From a virus (taxonomy: Duplodnaviria > Heunggongvirae > Uroviricota > Caudoviricetes): a stretch of 31,777 nucleotides of DNA. Of this stretch, positions 1-8,389 are shown in pieces. The position numbers and the translations under genes were made by a program. Under the pieces are notes generated by a model. The model was not told where the DNA came from, did not search any database, and saw only the letters and a list, made by a program, of their open reading frames with translations. The stretch spans positions 1 to 31,777 of the IMG/VR virus record IMGVR_UViG_3300009174_000004; one strand, given 5' to 3'. How positions within the stretch are numbered: position 1 is the first letter of the stretch; each line of letters opens with the position of its first letter.

Positions 1-584
1 CCCCCTAGCACCACCGCACCAACCGCACCACGGGCCCCTGCCCCTGGCACCTACGGTCCACGGTGGACCAGCCGTGCTAGGGGCGGGGGCCACGGTGCCG
101 GCCCCGGTACGGTGCCCCAGTGGCCAGGTCCCACGGTGGCCGAGCACCAGGCCCCCATGACCAGCCCCAAAGAATCTTGAGCCAGCCCCTTGCGCTGACC
201 AGGGGCAACGAGCTAGGCTCTAGCTGCAAGCACAAAGCACCTTGACACCTGAATATTCACCCAGAATCAAGCCTCTCAGCCCAGAACCAGAACCTTCGAT
301 TCCTGCTCCTCGCGCACGCGCCAGGCCCCGGATGAGGGATTATCGCGCCAAGGCCCAAAAGCCCACAAACAAGCGCCAGGCAACGAGGATCTTGATTCAG
401 AGGTCCAGGCACCAACGCAAAGTTGAAGCGTTGGTGCTTTTTTGTGTCTCTCTGAGACTTTGCTCCTCTTCAATGCTTCAAGAGTTGAGTGTGCTGCACG
501 CAACTTCCCGAATCTCATGTACAAGATCATGAACCTTGATAGGGATCCTAGAAAAATGACATGCATGTTGCCTACCCTGGGCCT

Positions 585-1016
585 ATGACCTACGAGCTAG
601 GACCAGCACCCAGAGAGATCAGCGAAGAACAACTGGTCGAGGACGGACCTCGGGTCAGGGCGCTGATCGTGCAACGGCTGGAATTGGTCTGGGCCCGGTG
701 CGAGCAGCGGATCCGGGACGACATGGACGGCACCCGCCCCATCGACCCCCGGTTCCTGGAGATTGGGCTACGAGCGGAGAAGGACCTGGCCCTGCACTAC
801 CGGCTCAGCAAGGTCCCCGCCCCCGTGGAAGAAGAAGATGATCCTTCCCTGCAGGCCGTCGACCGAGGAGCGTTGGTCCTCGACTTCCTCGAAGGAGTCG
901 AAGCCCGGATCAGGCAAGGCCAAGCAGCAGCAGCCGCCTGGGGTGCCGGTAAGCAGTCCGAGCCCGCTGCCGGGACCGGTGCCGAGGAGCTAGGCCAGGA
1001 CAGTACTGCTGCCTGA
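585..1016 (+). CDS. hypothetical protein
   Basis: ORF 561..1016. Start moved to ATG 585 because TACCCT (573-578) lies 6 nt upstream, the leaderless pattern seen repeatedly in this window. Confidence 0.6.
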   Translation: MTYELGPAPREISEEQLVEDGPRVRALIVQRLELVWARCEQRIRDDMDGTRPIDPRFLEIGLRAEKDLALHYRLSKVPAPVEEEDDPSLQAVDRGALVLDFLEGVEARIRQGQAAAAAWGAGKQSEPAAGTGAEELGQDSTAA

Positions 1017-1048
1017 TTCTTGGCTGACCTAGGACCAAGGTGCTGGAG

Positions 1049-1543
1049 CTAGCCCCAGACCCGGCAGCTTGGCGGATGAACCTCGGCGCTGTGCAGTCCC
1101 AGCCCACAGGAACAAGGTGGCAGCAGGTCCTCGATGTTGTCGTCTCCAAGGTCCGCGCCAGGATCATGACGAAGGTCATGGACCGCTGGTGCAGGTACCT
1201 GAGCGCTGTAAGTAGTGGGAGGACGTGCCACTGGTGCCTGGGGCTGGGACCGTACGCGCATCGCTGCGGGTAGCTGCATGACCGGTGCAGCAGTCCAGAT
1301 CTTGGGGTCCTTGAGGTTGTGATTGGGGCTGAAGGCTTCTAGCCCCTGACCACCCCACGCCTGGACGATGAGCGTGCCCAACTGCGGCTTGTGGGTGGCA
1401 GCGAGACGCTCCCGCATCTCCGCCTGCCGGTAGATCAGTGCCCTGATGCCGGCGGCATCGCGCCATGGGGTCAGCCTCAACTCCACGCGCCTGATGGTTC
1501 CGTCCAGGAGCAGGTCCCACCAGACCGCTGGCATCACCGGCAT
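1049..1543 (-). CDS. hypothetical protein
   Basis: 164-aa ORF; TAACAT -10 box 6 nt before the ATG (leaderless). Confidence 0.55.
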   Translation of the reverse strand: MPVMPAVWWDLLLDGTIRRVELRLTPWRDAAGIRALIYRQAEMRERLAATHKPQLGTLIVQAWGGQGLEAFSPNHNLKDPKIWTAAPVMQLPAAMRVRSQPQAPVARPPTTYSAQVPAPAVHDLRHDPGADLGDDNIEDLLPPCSCGLGLHSAEVHPPSCRVWG

Positions 1544-1729
1544 CTGTTCATGTTAGCACATTTCTTGTTACAGCACAAGGGGCTGGGCAACGTTCCTGGT
1601 CCAGTTCGGACCGCAGACCGCATTTGCGCAGGTCAAGGCACCTTTTCGCGGATCTTGGGCAGGAACGTTAGGAACGATCGATGAGCGTCGTTCAATGGTA
1701 CTTTTTCCAAGATCAAATGTCTTCTACCT

Positions 1730-1935
1730 GGTACTATTTATCTTTATCTATTCTATTTGATCTATCAGGAACGTTAAAAAGACGAGGAGAGCGCTAGAAA
1801 AGGAGAGAAAAAAAGAATAGTTATAGTAAAAGTATTTTAATTGCAGGAGGGAGGGGGTGTAGAGATGAATATAGGACAAAGAGGGACAGAGAAAAATAAT
1901 ACTAATAAGACTTAAATTTATACAGAGAAGCGATT
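1730..1935. other. AT-rich, purine-skewed non-coding tract (possible replication origin)
   Basis: Abrupt A/T- and purine-rich stretch (e.g. AAAAAAAGAATAGTTATAGTAAAAGTATTTTAATT) in an otherwise GC-rich sequence; no credible ORF. Origin function is inference. Confidence 0.5.
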
Positions 1936-2135
1936 GGTAGCCAGATCCAGGAGGAAGATCGCGCATCGTTCCTGCTAGGCCCTCTGACCTGCGGAAACTA
2001 CCGATCGCAACAGGAACGATACTCTCGGTGTTCAAAACGGGTCCTGGCCGAGGAGGATGGGGGCTGGGGCACTGTCAAATGAGGGGCTCTGGTTACTGAA
2101 TCTGTAACCAAGGGGCCCGCTGTGACAGTGGGGGG

Positions 2136-2318
2136 CCTGGTCCCGGGAGCCTGGTCCTACGTCACTCGATGCTGGCGCCTGGTGCTGGCGCAAGCCCCAT
2201 CCCTTGACATCAGGGTCCTGGTCCATGGGAGGATGAGGACCTTGACCCGTCCTGGTATCGGGACCTGGTCCCTTGGTTCTAGGTCAATCCCCATCCCCTG
2301 CATCGAGGTCCCTGGTCC
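2136..2318 (+). repeat. five direct copies of CCTGGTCC (iteron-like)
   Basis: Copies at 2136, 2150, 2217, 2264, 2311; a sixth at 1595. Confidence 0.55.
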
Positions 2319-2332
2319 AACAGGAGCGGACC

Positions 2333-2361
2333 TTGACCCCCATGTGGGGGTGGGGTATGGT
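2333..2361 (+). promoter_or_regulatory. sigma70-type promoter with palindromic operator in the spacer
   Basis: TTGACC-17 nt-TATGGT; overlaps ACCCCCATGTGGGGGTG (2336-2352). Confidence 0.75.
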
Positions 2362-2368
2362 GCTGGGT

Positions 2369-2641
2369 GTGGAGAAGACTTTAACTACGCCAGAGGGCCT
2401 CGCCGCGTACATGCGTCAGACAGTCGATGCAGACGACTGGAACCGTCGTGCCGCCGAGGTCCTTCGGGTCAACGGTGACAAGTACCCGAGCTTCTGGTGG
2501 GAGACCGTGATGGCTTCTGGCCTGTATCACGAGGTCGTTGGCGGTGGCATCAGCATTGTCAACCTCGATAGCGACGGCAACGAAATCGGCCGCACTACCT
2601 ATGATCCAGTGACCGGTCAAGAATTGCTACCAGGGAACTGA
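2369..2641 (+). CDS. hypothetical protein
   Basis: In-frame GTG 7 nt after the -10 box of the 2333 promoter; 90 aa. Confidence 0.65.
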   Translation: MEKTLTTPEGLAAYMRQTVDADDWNRRAAEVLRVNGDKYPSFWWETVMASGLYHEVVGGGISIVNLDSDGNEIGRTTYDPVTGQELLPGN

Positions 2642-2645
2642 AGTG

Positions 2646-2813
2646 ATGTCGAAGTTCGATGTGACCTTGACGTGGCAGGTAGAGGTCAGCGCCTTAGACC
2701 CCGCCAGCGCCGTCAGCATCGCTGTCGAAAAGGTCCGCAGAGCGAACCCAGATGCCGTTGTGACTGACGTGTGGGCTCACCGCCTGCCCGAGGAAGACGA
2801 GGAACAAGAATGA
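2646..2813 (+). CDS. small hypothetical protein
   Basis: MSKFDVTLTWQVEV..., 55 aa; ATGA overlap with the next gene. Confidence 0.55.
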   Translation: MSKFDVTLTWQVEVSALDPASAVSIAVEKVRRANPDAVVTDVWAHRLPEEDEEQE

Positions 2814-3304
2814 ACGAGATCCTCACCGTCACCAACGAGGTCAAGCCACTTGCCTGGCTTGGTGATCCCGGCCTCAAGGAAGAGGTCGTGCTTCGGATGA
2901 AGCAGCACCGAGCCGAGGACTCAATTGTCCAGGGTTATTACCAGGAGTACGCACCCGAACTGGCCAGCCAGTACAAGGGCTGCCTGCTGGGCTGCACCTT
3001 ACCCCAGATGAAGGTTGACAACGCGGACGAGATCGTGGCCTGGCACCACGAGGTGGAAAGGCTTTACGGCATTCCTGTGCCTGTTGCCTGCCTCCTGGAG
3101 GACCTGTTCGAGAACATGGACTTTGACGAGGCTGCTGAGTTCGCTGTGGAAAGCATCGAGGCCATTCCAGTGGGGGCCGACCTTGCTGCCGTGACTGCGT
3201 ACTGGTTTGCCGACTACCAGACGGCGCCCTGGAATTGCGAGAAGCATGAGGCCAAGGTCCTCGATCTCCTGAGGAGCGCTCCGGTTCCAGAGCCAGTGCG
3301 GTGA
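2810..3304 (+). CDS. phage hypothetical protein
   Basis: 164 aa from the ATG coupled to the upstream stop; GCLLGC motif; GC-biased codon usage. Confidence 0.7.
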   Translation: MNEILTVTNEVKPLAWLGDPGLKEEVVLRMKQHRAEDSIVQGYYQEYAPELASQYKGCLLGCTLPQMKVDNADEIVAWHHEVERLYGIPVPVACLLEDLFENMDFDEAAEFAVESIEAIPVGADLAAVTAYWFADYQTAPWNCEKHEAKVLDLLRSAPVPEPVR

Positions 3305-3405
3305 GCGTCGAGGCATACCGCGCGATCGGTTTCTTTATGTTCATGCTGGGGCTACTCACAGTCCTGGCCTATGTGTGGGCGGCAAGAGGAGGGAGAAAGC
3401 CGTGA
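3301..3405 (+). CDS. small membrane protein
   Basis: 34 aa with one hydrophobic segment; GTGA overlaps at both ends. Confidence 0.4.
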   Translation: MSVEAYRAIGFFMFMLGLLTVLAYVWAARGGRKP

Positions 3406-3623
3406 TTGCAGGACCACGGCGTCTGCGTTTCTGGCGTTTCCGCGAAACGCGGAACAAGGTTGTGTACCAGGAAGAGTTCGACCGGGGTGACCTGCCGGTG
3501 ATTGGCCAGGTCTACATCAGTAAGGACGCGCTGGAGGCGTGGGGCAATCCCAACGAACTGGAAATCACGATTAGCCCAGTGGGTGTTGCCCGAAGGCTTG
3601 ATCCTATTGCCGGTACAAACTGA
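3402..3623 (+). CDS. hypothetical protein
   Basis: GTG start after GGAGGGAG SD; 73 aa; translationally coupled on both sides. Confidence 0.6.
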   Translation: MIAGPRRLRFWRFRETRNKVVYQEEFDRGDLPVIGQVYISKDALEAWGNPNELEITISPVGVARRLDPIAGTN

Positions 3624-3766
3624 TGGGCGTGTTCTGGCTCCTGGTGTTCGCAGTCATCGGCGGAATGGTTGGCTGGGAACTTAAGGGACTCATGGTTGAG
3701 CACCAACAGGAGAAGGAGGAGCTAGTCCGCGATGGCGTCAGTGACGATCGTCCGGGGTCTGCCTAG
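3623..3766 (+). CDS. small membrane protein
   Basis: MGVFWLLVFAVIGGMVGWELK..., 47 aa; TGATG overlap with the upstream gene. Confidence 0.4.
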   Translation: MGVFWLLVFAVIGGMVGWELKGLMVEHQQEKEELVRDGVSDDRPGSA

Positions 3767-4622
3767 TTGCGGCAAGACCACCTGGGCCCGGGAATGGGTG
3801 GAGCAGGACCCCACCATCCGAGCCAGGGTTAGCCGGGCTGACCTTGCTGCTATGGCTGGTGGGGACCTGAGCGTGGAGCAGGCCAAGGCGTTACGCAACG
3901 TCACCTTGTCCGCGCTGCTGGCAGCCGACATGGACGTGGTGGTGGACGACATCCACCTGGCCGACCAGTCGGTGCAGGAGGTCCTGGCCGTGGCTCGGCA
4001 GTTCAACTGCCTGATTCTGGTCTACGACATGTCCCAGACGCCGCTGGATGAGGTGCTCCATCGCAACTCCCTACGGGACCGGCCGGTGCCCGAGGATGTG
4101 ATCGCCGGGTACCACCGGACGTTCCTTGTAGGCCAGTCTTTCCCGCTGCCGATTCCGCCAGCCCCGCCGCTGCCGGAGCCGCCCCAGGTCTACGTGCCCA
4201 TCGAGGGTGTGCCCACATATTTGGTGGACATCGACGGCACCGTGGCCCTGCAGGGGGACCGGGGGCTCTACGACTGGGATGCAGTGGGCCTGGACCGGGC
4301 CAACGACCCCGTCATTCGGCTTCTGGAGGCCCTGGACAGTACGGGCCTGTGCCAGTTCGTCTTTCTGTCCGCGCGGCCGGAGATTTGCCGTGAGCCCACC
4401 GAGAAGTGGCTGATCAATCACGTGGGTGTGGAGTGGGGCCGGCTGTTTATGCGGGACACCGGCGATGAACGCCCAGACGAGGTGGTCAAGATGGAGATCT
4501 TCGATCGTGAGATCAGGGAACGCTATAACGTGGTGGGTGTTTTCGACGACAGGAACAAGGTTGTTTCCATGTGGAGATCCTTGGGCCTGACGGTGTTCCA
4601 GGTCGCCGACGGCGACTTCTAG
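3732..4622 (+). CDS. pseT: polynucleotide 5'-kinase / 3'-phosphatase (T4 PseT-like)
   Basis: N-terminal P-loop GLPSCGKTT plus C-terminal HAD domain (DIDGT, LSAR, FDDR, VFQVADGDF). Confidence 0.9.
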   Translation: MASVTIVRGLPSCGKTTWAREWVEQDPTIRARVSRADLAAMAGGDLSVEQAKALRNVTLSALLAADMDVVVDDIHLADQSVQEVLAVARQFNCLILVYDMSQTPLDEVLHRNSLRDRPVPEDVIAGYHRTFLVGQSFPLPIPPAPPLPEPPQVYVPIEGVPTYLVDIDGTVALQGDRGLYDWDAVGLDRANDPVIRLLEALDSTGLCQFVFLSARPEICREPTEKWLINHVGVEWGRLFMRDTGDERPDEVVKMEIFDREIRERYNVVGVFDDRNKVVSMWRSLGLTVFQVADGDF

Positions 4623-5573
4623 AGCTTGCCTGGGCTTGGTGTGTCATGGCGAGGCAAGGGCGCGGCAGGTGAGGTACGGCCGGGTGAGGCTGGGCTAGGC
4701 GCGGTGTGGCAGGTAGGGCACGGTGGAGCAGGGTTTGGCGGGGTTGGGCAGGTGAGGTGCGGCAAGACTAGGCAGGGCAGGGCTTGGCGTGGCAGGCAAG
4801 GTGCGGCTGGGCTGGGCATGGTGAGACAGGGCTTTGGTGCGGCAGGCGAGGCCAGGTGCGTTGCGGCATGGTGAGGTAGAGCTTGGCAGGTGTGGTGAGG
4901 CAGGGTGTGTCTAGGCGGGGTTCGGTGTGGCAGGTAGGGCTCGGCTTGGTGCGGCGGGGAAAGGCTAGGCCAGGTGTGGCAGGGTGCGGCAGGTATGGCG
5001 CGGTGAGGCGAGGTGAGGTTGGTTCCGGCAAGGCCTGGCAGGTGAGGTCAGGCGGGGCACGGCACGGTACGGCACGGTTTGGCAGGCAGGGTGGGGTGCG
5101 GCAAGGCGGGGTGCGGCAGGTGGGGCTTGATGAGGCAAGGCTGGTCATGGCGCGGCAGGTAGGGCTTGGTACGGCTGGGCCTGGCAAGGTGTGGTCTGGC
5201 AGGTAGGGCTTGGTTCGGTTGGATGGGTGAGGCGGGGTCCGGCAGGTTTGGTAAGGCTCGGCAAGGCGTGGTCAGGCAGGGCAGGTGTGGCATGGCACGG
5301 TGTGTTGTGACAGGGTTCGGCGAGGCAGGTACGACATGGCGCGGTCGGGTTCGGCAGGGCGAGGCGAGGTCGGGTCTGGCAGGTTAGGTTTGGCAAGGCG
5401 CGGCAAGGCTGGGCTTGGTAGGGCAGGTGGGGAATGGCTTGGCGTGTTGAGGCAAGGCAAGGCCTGGTGGGGCAGGCAGGGTGCGGCATGGCGAGGTGTG
5501 GTCAGGCTCGGTGGGGCAGGTAAGGCTCGGTATGGCTTGTCGTGGTAAGGCTAGGTTCGGCAGGTCTGGCTCT
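4623..5573 (+). repeat. GGY-NN pentamer array with GGCA punctuation (VIPR-like guide RNA array candidate)
   Basis: About 170 GGYNN units in 20 full blocks of 6-11 plus flanking blocks, separated by GGCA at 4664, 4708, 4747, 4791, 4841, 4885, 4929, 4988, 5037, 5081, 5115, 5154, 5198, 5241, 5280, 5324, 5378, 5422, 5471, 5515, 5559. NN differs between blocks. Confidence 0.9.
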
Positions 5574-5608
5574 AGCTCAACCCGACACTGCAGGGCTATC
5601 GTCGTGGC

Positions 5609-5800
5609 ATGCCGGTTATCGTCGCCCTTGAGGGGCTCTGTGACCCTTGTGCCAAGGTAGGTAAGGCTCACGTCCCTAGGTCGCTGCCTGGGGACGTGGT
5701 CATTTGCTGCCTGTGTGGCGTCGTCGAGGCCCGGGATGCTGATGATCGGCCCTGTGGGTTGACGCTGGACCAGTGGGACGAGCTTGAGGAAGCTGCCTAG
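5609..5800 (+). CDS. small Cys-rich hypothetical protein
   Basis: CxxC and CxxC-like pairs; TATCGT 6 nt before the ATG (leaderless). Confidence 0.55.
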   Translation: MPVIVALEGLCDPCAKVGKAHVPRSLPGDVVICCLCGVVEARDADDRPCGLTLDQWDELEEAA

Positions 5801-5839
5801 TCGCTTATCATGACTTGATCAATCAACGAGGGGTGGAAG

Positions 5840-6040
5840 ATGACTGACCTTTACCTGCGCCTTGACTACCGGCAGTACAAGCGATTGGAAGAGCAGCTAA
5901 GGAACTGGGAGTCCGTCGAGACCTCCCACACCACTGTAGACGGCTACTACCACAAGGCCCTACGTCTCGACGTCGGAGACCTGACTCTGGAGGTTCAGGG
6001 CCCAGCCGTGAAGGAGCCTATCCGCGAGCCCGAGGCATGA
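5840..6040 (+). CDS. hypothetical protein
   Basis: 66 aa; GAGGGG SD; ATGA overlap with thyX. Confidence 0.65.
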   Translation: MTDLYLRLDYRQYKRLEEQLRNWESVETSHTTVDGYYHKALRLDVGDLTLEVQGPAVKEPIREPEA

Positions 6041-6729
6041 TCGTTCGGCTGATCGCTCACACCACCACGGTGAACGTCGGGGCGTGGGAAGAGGCGGGAT
6101 ACATCCTCGGCGGGCAGCGCATTGCCGACGCCGATGATCTGGCCGAGTTCGCCGGTCGTCTTTGCTACCAAAGCTGGGACCGGCCAAATCCCAAGACGGC
6201 TGCCAACAGCGACTACCTGGGAAACATCATCAATCAGGCGCACTTCTCGGTCCTGGAGCATGCCTCAGCCACCTTCTATGTGGCCGGGGTGTCCAGATCC
6301 TTGTCTCACGAGCTTGTCCGACACCGGCACCTGTCGTTCTCACAGGTCTCTCAGCGGTACGTGGACGAGTCGCAGGCCGAGTACATCGCGCCTCCGGGGT
6401 GGAAGAACCTGCCCGCACACATGATTGACGCGACGCTCAGTCAGGGCGCGATCAACGATGTCGTGGAGTCGACGCATCGCGCTTACGCCGTCATCGTAGC
6501 CACGCTGGAGCACTCGGGTATGACTCGCAAGGAGGCTCGCCAGGCCGCCCGCGCCGTTCTGCCCAACATGACGGAGACGAAGCTCGTCGTCACCGGTAAC
6601 ATGCGGGCCTGGCGCGAGGTCATCGCCAAGCGTATTTCGCCCCATGCTGATGCGGAGATCCAGGAGCTTGCCAAGGAGCTTCTTCGTCAGTTGAAGGTCA
6701 TAGCTCCCGGAACGTTCCAGGACCTTTAG
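6037..6729 (+). CDS. thyX: FAD-dependent thymidylate synthase
   Basis: ThyX motif ELVRHRHLSFSQVSQRY; HFSVLEH; AR.VLP; NMRAW; HADAEI. Confidence 0.95.
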   Translation: MIVRLIAHTTTVNVGAWEEAGYILGGQRIADADDLAEFAGRLCYQSWDRPNPKTAANSDYLGNIINQAHFSVLEHASATFYVAGVSRSLSHELVRHRHLSFSQVSQRYVDESQAEYIAPPGWKNLPAHMIDATLSQGAINDVVESTHRAYAVIVATLEHSGMTRKEARQAARAVLPNMTETKLVVTGNMRAWREVIAKRISPHADAEIQELAKELLRQLKVIAPGTFQDL

Positions 6730-7058
6730 CTGGGGATGCCGAGCTTCCCATGCTCCCGGGGCCATTCACCGGTTGCCCGGTGGTGCAGGTTGGCACACAG
6801 GCCCTTGGGGTCCTTGGGGAAGTACTTCCTCAGGTGTCGCACGCAGCGCCGGAACGAGCCGTCCGTGCCCCAGCGGATCTTGACTGTGCCGCCTTCGCCG
6901 GTGGTCCAGTAGACCATCAGCCGCTCGGTGCCCTTGGGGTTCTTGAGCGTCCCGACGGTGACGAACTCGGACTCAATGGCAGACGCAGCCTCGTCACACT
7001 CGGGGCATTCAAAATCGCCCCAGCGCCTATGAAATGCCATGGTCATCGCGCCAGCCAT
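6726..7058 (-). CDS. hypothetical protein (Cys/His-containing)
   Basis: 110 aa; RWGTDGSFRRCVRHL...LCANLHHRATG segment; TACCTT 6 nt before the ATG. Confidence 0.7.
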   Translation of the reverse strand: MAGAMTMAFHRRWGDFECPECDEAASAIESEFVTVGTLKNPKGTERLMVYWTTGEGGTVKIRWGTDGSFRRCVRHLRKYFPKDPKGLCANLHHRATGEWPREHGKLGIPS

Positions 7059-7119
7059 GGCAACAAGGTACTACTATTCGCCCGTTTTCTCTAGCAGCGA
7101 ATCGGGTAAACCCTCAGGC

Positions 7120-7254
7120 ATGATTGACCTGCTGCTATGGATCGTTGCGTTTGTGTGCTTCCTTATCGCCGCGTTCGTAGGCGAACGTCTGGCCGCCCGG
7201 GTCGACCTCATTGCGCTAGGATTGGCCTCAGCATCGTTGACCTTCATTATCTAG
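7120..7254 (+). CDS. small membrane protein
   Basis: 44 aa with two hydrophobic segments. Confidence 0.55.
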   Translation: MIDLLLWIVAFVCFLIAAFVGERLAARVDLIALGLASASLTFII

Positions 7255-7266
7255 GAGCACAGTACA

Positions 7267-7449
7267 GTGGCCGTCGGCAGTCATGGAGAGGCGAACAGTT
7301 CCGCTCGCCTCACCGAGAAGAAGGTGCTCGCTATCAGGACCCTCCACGGAGTGGCCGGCATGAGCATCGCAGAACTCGCCCAACGCCTGGAGATCCCCCG
7401 AACGACCGTCCGGGACGTCATCAACCGCAAGACCTGGACCCATATCTAA
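7267..7449 (+). CDS. stand-alone helix-turn-helix DNA-binding protein
   Basis: GEANSSARLTEKKVLAIR...SIAELAQRLEIPRTTVRDVINRKTWTHI resembles the C-terminal HTH of phage HNH proteins; AGGAG SD. Confidence 0.7.
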   Translation: MAVGSHGEANSSARLTEKKVLAIRTLHGVAGMSIAELAQRLEIPRTTVRDVINRKTWTHI

Positions 7450-7760
7450 GAGCACCAGTTTTCGAGCCAGTCGTGTGCCTCGTCGCTGCTTATGAACTTC
7501 TCGGCTGCCCGGTAGGCAGCACCATGGCTCTTGTGGGGACCAAGCTTCACCCCGATGGTGGCACCACCACCAGGCATGGCGACCATCTCGATGTAGACGA
7601 AGAACCGGTCGTTGTAGAGGTTGGGCTCCTGTCGCACCATGATCCGAGGTGGGACGATCGGTTGCCACCTGCTTCGTAGAGGCTTTGACCCTGGACCCAT
7701 CAGCCAGTAGTCGGCCTGGTCACGCAAGGTCCGTTGCCCTAACTTGAGTCCATCTCCCAT
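7446..7760 (-). CDS. hypothetical protein
   Basis: ORF convergent with the HTH gene; start uncertain (ATG 7760 or a TTG overlapping the 7720 stop). Confidence 0.55.
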   Translation of the reverse strand: MGDGLKLGQRTLRDQADYWLMGPGSKPLRSRWQPIVPPRIMVRQEPNLYNDRFFVYIEMVAMPGGGATIGVKLGPHKSHGAAYRAAEKFISSDEAHDWLENWCS

Positions 7761-8076
7761 TGATCTTGACCTCAACCTTGATCTCGTCTTCAGGGGTCTC
7801 GTAGCGCGTAGCCTCTGCCTCGACGGCTAGCTGCTGTCCTAGCGTCCGGCGCAGTCAAAGCTGGAAAGCCGGCGACTCAACCATCTTGCGCCAGGCGATC
7901 TTCCGGTTCTGCCACTGGGTGCGCTCCTCCCGGGACTCGCCCCGAGCGCCTGAGGGATGGTGGATGTAGCGGGCACCGGAGTCCCGCTTGTTCTGGTTCT
8001 GGCCACCCTTGCCGCCAGACCTGAAGGTCTGTAGCTCGCAGTCAGCGGCCGTCACTGACAGGATCTTTGTTCGCAT
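7720..8076 (-). CDS. GGQ release-factor-like / peptidyl-tRNA hydrolase protein, interrupted by an in-frame TGA at 7855-7857
   Basis: FRSGGKGGQNQNKRDSGARYIHHPSG (class I RF domain-3 motif); AAGGGA SD. Frame stays open 44 codons past the TGA. Confidence 0.8.
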
Positions 8077-8093
8077 TGGTTGTCCCTTGTGGA

Positions 8094-8300
8094 CTAAGTA
8101 GCTAGGGCGCCGGGCCCACGTGCTGGGTCCAGGCCGTGGAACTTGGGCCAACAGCCCGAGCACCTCACTACGCCAGTGTACTCGAAGCAGGCGGCTGCTG
8201 GGGCCCCGCAGTCAGCGCAGGTCCACCAAATGTTAGGCCCCCACTCGGTTTCCACGTATATTCGTCCGTCTGAATATTGGTGCTCGTCACCTACAGCCAT
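8094..8300 (-). CDS. small putative Zn-binding protein
   Basis: CADC and CSGC pairs; AGGAG SD before ATG 8300. Confidence 0.55.
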   Translation of the reverse strand: MAVGDEHQYSDGRIYVETEWGPNIWWTCADCGAPAAACFEYTGVVRCSGCWPKFHGLDPARGPGALAT

Positions 8301-8389
8301 CGATGCTCCTACATGTATCGATGAATGCTCAGGAACTTTACTCTGCCAAAAATTTGGAGGAAGCATCAGCGATGCTTCCTGCGCGCTAT

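Noticed and set aside
1-180. GC-rich stretch with recurring YACGG motifs
   Set aside because: Irregular spacing, no GGYNN periodicity on either strand, and cut by the window edge; too weak to call.
4623-5573. CRISPR array, or simple microsatellite / G-quadruplex tract
   Set aside because: There are no identical 25-40-bp repeats with unique spacers. NN varies too freely for slippage, and G4 potential alone would not explain the regular GGCA phase breaks, although G4 folding is not excluded.
4619-5671. Many overlapping Gly/Arg-rich (+) and Pro/Cys-rich (-) ORFs in the repeat array
   Set aside because: They are the expected translation of a 5-nt periodic GGYNN sequence; no SD or promoter, and all frames look alike.
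7840-7860. prfB-style +1 frameshift at CTT TGA C
   Set aside because: No SD-like element just upstream and the +1 frame stops after five codons (DCAGR*); in-frame readthrough or a point mutation fits better.
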